Source of the DNA: Candidatus Omnitrophota bacterium
GTDB taxonomy: Bacteria > Ratteibacteria > UBA8468 > MWAK01
DNA: 10,141 nucleotides
Assembly (NCBI GenBank): GCA_043797665.1
Contig: JAZDPL010000080.1
Location: 1 to 10,141, forward strand
Reading direction: 5' to 3'
Under the pieces are notes generated by a model. That model did no database searches. It was not told the origin of the DNA and saw only the letters and a program-made list of their open reading frames with translations. A program made the position numbers and the translations under genes. Shown here in pieces: positions 1 to 5,347 of this stretch (position 1 is the stretch's first letter; each line of letters begins with the position of its first letter).

Positions 1-15
1 CGACCCGAATTAAGC

Positions 16-39
16 GGGCTTGATAAATCAAGCCCCTAC
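16..39 (-). repeat. GTAG-family REP-like palindrome, probably one half of an inverted REP doublet cut by the window edge
   Basis: The minus strand reads GTAG-GGGCTTGAT-TT-ATCAAGCCC: a GTAG tetranucleotide directly followed by a perfect 9-bp inverted repeat (16-24 / 27-35). On the plus strand the hairpin is followed by ctacttttattt, so it may also act as an intrinsic terminator. Confidence 0.65.
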
Positions 40-199
40 TTTTATTTAATCGCTTGTATTAATATTTTTTAAAGGTGAAATCTCTATGATTTTTTGTCCA
101 TTTGCTGAAAATTGTAGAAATGAGACTCTGGAATTCCCAATTCTTTCGCGGTTTTCTGATTTTAGGTATCATTTTTCACGCTTTTTTCAGGTTACATTA

Positions 200-847
200 T
201 TAATCACGGGCTAAGGCAATACCGAAGACTTCAGCCGCCCCGGCGGAAAGGAGGGTGTTACGGCAGACATTCAGGGTGGCGCCGGTGGTCAGCACGTCAT
301 CTACCAGGAGACAGACCCGGTCTTTGACTATTTCCGGTTTGCGAACCTGAAACGCTCCGGCTACGTTAGCCATCCGTTGTTTTTCGGAAAGAGTAGTCTG
401 GGAAGGGGTATTCTTAACGCGGACAATAATCCGGCTTGCGACGGGTAATGAAAATCTGGCTGCCAGTTCCCGCGCCATAAGTTCTGACTGGTTAAAACCC
501 CGTTCCCGCTGCCGGCTGGAATAAAGCGGTACCGGAATGACGCAGTCTATCCTTTCGTTTAACCGATAGTATTGAAATAATTCAATCAATAATTTACTTA
601 AGTGTGGTGCCAGGTAGGTCTCCCCGCGGTACTTGAAACGGTGAATTGCGGTAGACATTGGTTTCTGGTAACGTACCGCGGCGAAAAGAGAACCGGAGAC
701 CGGAACGGTCAACGGTTCAATCTGACTGAAGCACTCTTTGCAAAAAATACCCTCTGGTATCTTCCGGTCGCAGGCAACGCAAAAATCGGGGTAGAAAAAA
801 TCAAGCAGTCCCTGCCCCAGTGTTTTTAGCATATAATTTTTATTCAT
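200..847 (-). CDS. comF: ComF family protein (Zn-ribbon plus phosphoribosyltransferase-like domain), 215 aa
   Basis: N-terminal CVAC...FCKEC double CxxC, VIPVPL, RGFNQSE and LLVDDVLTTGATL motifs. Start reassigned from 937 to the ATG at 847, which overlaps the trxB stop (ATGA) and removes 30 codons lying inside trxB. Confidence 0.92.
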   Translation of the reverse strand: MNKNYMLKTLGQGLLDFFYPDFCVACDRKIPEGIFCKECFSQIEPLTVPVSGSLFAAVRYQKPMSTAIHRFKYRGETYLAPHLSKLLIELFQYYRLNERIDCVIPVPLYSSRQRERGFNQSELMARELAARFSLPVASRIIVRVKNTPSQTTLSEKQRMANVAGAFQVRKPEIVKDRVCLLVDDVLTTGATLNVCRNTLLSAGAAEVFGIALARD

Positions 848-1761
848 ATCTTCGCCAGGTATTCTGCGGCGGAATGGGCCGCGATGGCACCGTCCGCGCA
901 GGCGGTAACTACCTGCCGCAACGATTTCCGGCGGCAATCGCCGCAGGCGAATAGCCCGGAAGACTCGGTCTCCATCTTATCGTCGGTAATGATATATCCC
1001 TGAGCGGTAGACTTTACTTCAGGCGGCAAAAACCCTGTACTGGGCTTAAACCCGGCAAAGATAAAGACGCCGTCGACCGCAATTGATGATTCCTGGCCGG
1101 TATCCGAGTTCCGGAGCTGAATACCGGAAACCCGGTCTTTGCCCAAAATCTGAAGTACGACACTCTTACTGATAATTTCCACCCCGGGCTGCAGGTTTAG
1201 TTTTCCGGTCAATTCCTGGTTAGCGGATAGGGATTCTCTCTGATGAACCAGGATTACCTTCCGGGCAAAACCGGTTAAAAGAAGAGCCTCCTTGACCGCA
1301 ATCGTGCTGCTGCCGACAACCGCTACGGTCTTATTCCAAAACAGGGGACCGTCACAGGTAGCACAGTAGGATACTCCCCGGCCGATAAATTCCGTTTCTC
1401 CGGGTACGTCCAATTTTTTGGGTTGACTGCCGGAAGCAACAATTACCGCCTTTGTTTGGTATGACTGACCTGCCTCCACGACAAACTTTTTTTCATCCTC
1501 TTTTTTGACTGCGGTAACCTGACCGTTCACAATTCCGGCGCCGGCCTTCTCTGCCTGCTCCTTCATCCTCCGGGCTAATTCTGAACCGCTGATACCTTCA
1601 GGAAAAGCCGGGTAGTTCTCTATCCGGTCGCTCCAGGCTAATAACCCGCCGGCAATTAATCCTTCCAGTAGTATCGGCTTTAAACCCCTTCTGGCTCCGT
1701 AAAGACCCGCAGTTAAACCGGCCGGACCGGCCCCAATGATTATCAGTTCTTGTATTTCCAT
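844..1761 (-). CDS. trxB: Thioredoxin reductase-like flavoprotein (low-Mr TrxB family), 305 aa, with degenerate NADPH-binding motifs
   Basis: FAD motif IIGAGPAGLTAG, IENYPAF, active site GVSYCATCDG (C133/C136), GLFACGD and LRQVVTACADGAIAA. SD-like AAGGGG lies 3 nt upstream of the ATG. Confidence 0.92.
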   Translation of the reverse strand: MEIQELIIIGAGPAGLTAGLYGARRGLKPILLEGLIAGGLLAWSDRIENYPAFPEGISGSELARRMKEQAEKAGAGIVNGQVTAVKKEDEKKFVVEAGQSYQTKAVIVASGSQPKKLDVPGETEFIGRGVSYCATCDGPLFWNKTVAVVGSSTIAVKEALLLTGFARKVILVHQRESLSANQELTGKLNLQPGVEIISKSVVLQILGKDRVSGIQLRNSDTGQESSIAVDGVFIFAGFKPSTGFLPPEVKSTAQGYIITDDKMETESSGLFACGDCRRKSLRQVVTACADGAIAAHSAAEYLAKI

Positions 1762-1778
1762 AAACCCCTTTGAATGAA

Positions 1779-1807
1779 ATTTTAGCCTTATTTGTTGAAA
1801 AAATCAA
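1779..1807 (-). promoter_or_regulatory. Putative sigma70-type promoter for trxB-comF
   Basis: Minus strand TTGATT (1807-1802), 17-nt spacer, TAAAAT (1784-1779), directly upstream of the AAGGGG SD (1770-1765). Confidence 0.6.
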
Positions 1808-1820
1808 GCGAAACGACGAA

Positions 1821-1849
1821 TTGACGGGGTTGCCAGAATGAATTAAAAT
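1821..1849 (+). promoter_or_regulatory. Putative sigma70-type promoter for feoAB
   Basis: TTGACG (1821-1826), 17-nt spacer, TAAAAT (1844-1849); 5/6 match to consensus at both boxes. Confidence 0.7.
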
Positions 1850-1859
1850 ATTTAGCGAT

Positions 1860-3803
1860 ATGATTACATTAGTGGAATTAAAATCAGGTGAACGAGGAAT
1901 AATCAAAGAACTGCAGGGCGGCCCCGGCTTAAAACGAAAACTTGAAAGCCTGGGAATCAGGGCGGGCGGGAACATCCGTAAAATAAGCGAACCGGGCGGT
2001 CACCGGCCGGCAGTGGTGGAAATAAACGGTTCCAAGATTGCCATCGGATACGGAATGGCCAGAAGAATAGTCGTTGAGGTAGTCCAGATAAAAATTCTTT
2101 TGGTGGGCAATCCCAACGTCGGCAAAAGCGTGGTTTTTTCCAGATTAACAGGACTGGATGTTATTTCTTCCAATTATCCCGGGACAACTGTTGAATACAC
2201 GCACGGCACCGCCTGGATGGAAAAACAGAGAGTCCAAATCATCGACGTTCCCGGAGCGTATACCCTGGAACCCACGAATAAGGCGGAAGAAGTTGCCTCC
2301 GGAATGTTATCAAAAGAGAAGCCCGACCTGGTTATCAACGTCGTTGACGCAACCAACTTAGAAAGAAACCTTTACCTTACGCTGCAAATACTGGAAAAAG
2401 GAACGCCGGTAATCATCCTGCTTAACAAATGGGACATGGCAAAGTGGAAAGGCATAATCATTGACCTGGAGGGACTGTCCCAAAAAATAGGGGTTGAAGT
2501 GGTTCCGTTCGTTGCGGTCACCGGGGAGGGCATAAAAAAACTTCAGACAACGGTTAAAGAAGTAATTTCAAAGCGGGATAAACCGTCTCGGGACATACCC
2601 CCGGATGATGACGGAAAATGGAAATTGATCGGTGAAATCAGCCGTTTTGTTCAAAAAACGGTACACAAACACCCTTCGTTTCTGGAAAAACTGGCTGATG
2701 CCTGCACAAATCCCCTGACCGGTTTTCCCATCGCCCTGATCGTTTTAGCAGTAACCTTCTTCCTCATAAGGTCTATCGGCGAGGGCATGATAAATCACGT
2801 TCTCAACCCGTTTTTTTACAATATATACCATCCTTTTATCGCCGGCATCGTAAACCTGATTTTCCCGGCAGGCATCCTGCAAAAACTGCTTCTGGGAACC
2901 ACGCCAAAATTTATGGAATCTTTCGGTGTTCTTACCACCGGCGTCTATATTCCCTTTGTGATAGTGTTGCCTTACATCCTGTCTTTTTACTTCGTCCTGA
3001 GCTTCTTAGAGGACCTGGGTTACTTACCCCGCCTGGCCGTTCTGCTGGACGGTACTCTGCACCGATTCGGCTTGCACGGTTATGCGGCCATCCCGGTGAT
3101 TTTGGGCCTGGGTTGCAAGGTACCGGCGATGATGTCGGCCAGAATTCTGGAGACGCGGCGGGAAAAGATTATTGCAATGGCGCTGATAATGATGATCGCC
3201 CCCTGCATGCCGCAGAGCGCCATGATTATAAGCATATTGGGAAGATACGGGCTGAAATACCTGGCGGTTGTCTTCGGAATGCTTCTTATCGTTTCGCTGG
3301 TCAGCAGTTCTGTTTTGAACCGATTGCTGAAAGGGGAAACTCCGGAATTATTCGTTGAAATTCCCGCTTATCAAATGCCCAGGATGCGGCCTCTGTTAAA
3401 AAAACTCTGGATGAGGGTTAAAAGTTTTATTTTTGAAGCGGTCCCACTGATCATCCTGGGTATTTTATTCGTGAACATTCTGGATATATCGGGTTTCATA
3501 AAGTTCATTTCAAAACCCCTGGGGCCGGTCATCGCCAATCTGCTTGGATTACCTAAAGAAATCTCTTCTGTCCTGCTTCTGGGATTTCTAAGAAAAGACA
3601 TAGCCATAGCGCTCTTGATTCCGTTCAACCTTTCCGGCAAACAACTGATTATCGCCAGTACTTTTCTGGTGTTATACTTACCGTGTTTTGCCACGTTTTT
3701 TGTTTTATTAAAAGAAATCGGGGCAAAGGATACGTTTAAAATAGTCTCGCTGACTTTCCTTATCGCCTGCCTGGTCGGGGTGATTCTGAATTTAATCCTG
3801 TGA
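1860..3803 (+). CDS. feoB: Fused FeoA-FeoB ferrous iron transporter, 647 aa
   Basis: aa 1-76 are FeoA-like (KLESLGIRAG...VEINGSKIAIGYGMARRIVVE). GTPase motifs follow: G1 GNPNVGKS, G2 NYPGTT, G3 DVPG, G4 NKWD. The membrane domain has LEDLGYLPRLA, LGLGCKVPA, APCMPQ, ELFVEIPAYQMP, GFLRKD and LYLPCFAT. Confidence 0.95.
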   Translation: MITLVELKSGERGIIKELQGGPGLKRKLESLGIRAGGNIRKISEPGGHRPAVVEINGSKIAIGYGMARRIVVEVVQIKILLVGNPNVGKSVVFSRLTGLDVISSNYPGTTVEYTHGTAWMEKQRVQIIDVPGAYTLEPTNKAEEVASGMLSKEKPDLVINVVDATNLERNLYLTLQILEKGTPVIILLNKWDMAKWKGIIIDLEGLSQKIGVEVVPFVAVTGEGIKKLQTTVKEVISKRDKPSRDIPPDDDGKWKLIGEISRFVQKTVHKHPSFLEKLADACTNPLTGFPIALIVLAVTFFLIRSIGEGMINHVLNPFFYNIYHPFIAGIVNLIFPAGILQKLLLGTTPKFMESFGVLTTGVYIPFVIVLPYILSFYFVLSFLEDLGYLPRLAVLLDGTLHRFGLHGYAAIPVILGLGCKVPAMMSARILETRREKIIAMALIMMIAPCMPQSAMIISILGRYGLKYLAVVFGMLLIVSLVSSSVLNRLLKGETPELFVEIPAYQMPRMRPLLKKLWMRVKSFIFEAVPLIILGILFVNILDISGFIKFISKPLGPVIANLLGLPKEISSVLLLGFLRKDIAIALLIPFNLSGKQLIIASTFLVLYLPCFATFFVLLKEIGAKDTFKIVSLTFLIACLVGVILNLIL

Positions 3804-4457
3804 GGAAAGGGGACCAAAAATCCTGGTCCCCAAACGGATCAGGTTCGCTCCTTCTTCAATGGCCATAAGATAAGAATCGCTCATTCCCATGGAAAGGTAT
3901 TTCATATCCACCGTGGAAAGTCCTATTGTCTTAATCCGGTCAAAAAGCCTCTTTGTCTCTTGAAAATAAGTCCTTAAATCCTCCGGATTATTCCGGACCG
4001 GACCCATCGTCATCAGTCCCGTAACTTTCACATTGGGCAAGAATGAAATTTCCGTTACTACCTTTGCCACCTCTTCCGGCACCACCCCGAATTTCTGAAG
4101 TTCCCGACCGCTGTTAACCTCAATTAAAACCGGCATTATCTTTCCGGCCGCCCCGGCTCTTTTATCGATTTCAATAGCGATTTCCAGAGAATCGACCGTC
4201 TCGATCATATCAAAAAAAGACACCGCTTTCTTTACTTTGTTCTTCTGGAGATGCCCGATGAAATGCCAGGAAACCTTTGGCCCGATATTATTAAAAGCAG
4301 ACTCGGCTTCCTGGAGATAATTCTCACCCACAATTTTGACCCCTGCCTCCACCGCCTCCAATATCTCCTGAGGGGTCCTGGATTTTGCCGCGGCTACCAG
4401 TTCTACACCCGGAGGCAATTCCGCCAGAATTGCCTGCACTTTCTCTTTAATCCCCAT
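3792..4457 (-). CDS. yggS: YggS/PLPBP pyridoxal phosphate homeostasis protein, 221 aa
   Basis: LVAAAKS (PLP lysine), GENYLQEA, WHFIGHLQKNKVK, GLMTMG, LSMGMSDSY, EEGANLIRLGTRIFG. Confidence 0.96.
   Translation of the reverse strand: MGIKEKVQAILAELPPGVELVAAAKSRTPQEILEAVEAGVKIVGENYLQEAESAFNNIGPKVSWHFIGHLQKNKVKKAVSFFDMIETVDSLEIAIEIDKRAGAAGKIMPVLIEVNSGRELQKFGVVPEEVAKVVTEISFLPNVKVTGLMTMGPVRNNPEDLRTYFQETKRLFDRIKTIGLSTVDMKYLSMGMSDSYLMAIEEGANLIRLGTRIFGPLSSQD
3809..3831. terminator. GC-rich hairpin just downstream of the feoAB stop, inside the yggS 3' end
   Basis: GGGGACCA-aaaatcc-TGGTCCCC, a perfect 8-bp stem 5 nt after the TGA at 3803. No U-tract on plus and only TTT on minus, so terminator function is uncertain. 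Confidence 0.3.
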
Positions 4458-4462
4458 AAGAA

Positions 4463-5347
4463 TTATGTTAGACGGCCGATGGGGTCAACGTGAATGGTAA
4501 CGCGGGAAACACCCGACACCTGTTGTTTCAAATGGTGTTCCACCTCATCGGCAATCTGATGACCTTTCTGGACGCTTAAGTTTCCATCCACCAGGATGTG
4601 CATCTCCACCAGGATATCCGGACCCAGCCGGCGGGCAGCCAGATCATGCACGCGGCGCACGTCCTTGACGGAAGAAACCACCGCCTGAATCTGATTCAGC
4701 GTCGGTTCTTCCACCGAACTCTCAACCAATTCCGCAAAAACACCCTGGCCGATATTCAGACCGATGCGCAGGATGAAAATTGAAGTAATAGCTGCGGCCA
4801 GCGGATCCATAAAAGGAAAACCGATCTTAGCGCCCAGGATGCCCAAAAATGTCGGGATGGAAGAAATAGCATCGGAGCGGTGATGCCAGGCGTTGACAAT
4901 TAAAGCCGAACTGTTAATCCGGAGGCCAACCCGGATTGTATAACGATAAAGCCCCTCTTTGAAAACGATTGAAAAGACCGCGGCAATCAGGGGCAGGAAG
5001 GTTGGTATGGTCCGGTAATGGGTTAAAGCGCTGAAAACCCCACGGTACATAAACGCGAAACCGAATACCAGGAGGAATACGGTGCAGACCGCCGCGGCCA
5101 TAGTTTCAAATTTGCCGTGGCCGTAAGGATGATCTATGTCTTTGGGCTGGGCGGCTACCCTCAAACCGAAGAGGACGACAACGGTCGCCACAATGTCAGC
5201 GAGGGTTTCAAACGCATCGGTCACCATCGCCTGGCTGCGCCCCAGGACTCCGGCGATCATCTTAAAAACGAAGAGACCGACATTAATTGCCAGGGCGACC
5301 AGCGTGTTTTTACGGCCGGCAAAATAACGTTCCTGTTGATTAAGCAT
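4463..5347 (-). CDS. Cation diffusion facilitator (FieF/YiiP-like) metal exporter, 294 aa
   Basis: SQAMVTDAFETLAD (TM2), DIDHPYGHGKFE, AWHHRSD (TM5), DPLAA; C-terminal domain with VHDL, EMHILVD, GHQIA and TIHVDP. Confidence 0.93.
   Translation of the reverse strand: MLNQQERYFAGRKNTLVALAINVGLFVFKMIAGVLGRSQAMVTDAFETLADIVATVVVLFGLRVAAQPKDIDHPYGHGKFETMAAAVCTVFLLVFGFAFMYRGVFSALTHYRTIPTFLPLIAAVFSIVFKEGLYRYTIRVGLRINSSALIVNAWHHRSDAISSIPTFLGILGAKIGFPFMDPLAAAITSIFILRIGLNIGQGVFAELVESSVEEPTLNQIQAVVSSVKDVRRVHDLAARRLGPDILVEMHILVDGNLSVQKGHQIADEVEHHLKQQVSGVSRVTIHVDPIGRLT

Noticed and set aside
84..161. Minus-strand fragment NQKTAKELGIPESHFYNFQQMDKKS resembling a helix-turn-helix
   Set aside because: It is only 25 codons, is preceded by an in-frame stop and has no start before the motif; the resemblance is too short to call a pseudogene.
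848..937. 30-aa N-terminal extension of ComF in the ORF track
   Set aside because: It lies inside trxB in another frame; the ATG at 847 with an ATGA overlap gives a typical ComF N-terminus.
1840..1872. Possible Fur or DtxR/MntR operator over the feoAB start (AAATATTT palindrome, TTTAGC, GATATGATTACATT)
   Set aside because: No convincing 15-19 bp inverted repeat; the partial matches are expected in AT-rich promoter DNA.
1598..3817. Alternative ORFs overlapping trxB and feoAB (1598-1975, 2158-2361, 2174-2356, 3113-3358, 3371-3817)
   Set aside because: They overlap well-supported genes and have no domain signatures.
1860..5347. Magnetosome-island interpretation of FeoAB plus CDF (MamB/MamM-like)
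   Set aside because: No mamA/E/K/P/Q-like genes or magnetochrome CxxCH motifs are in the window, and the CDF looks like a generic FieF-type protein.
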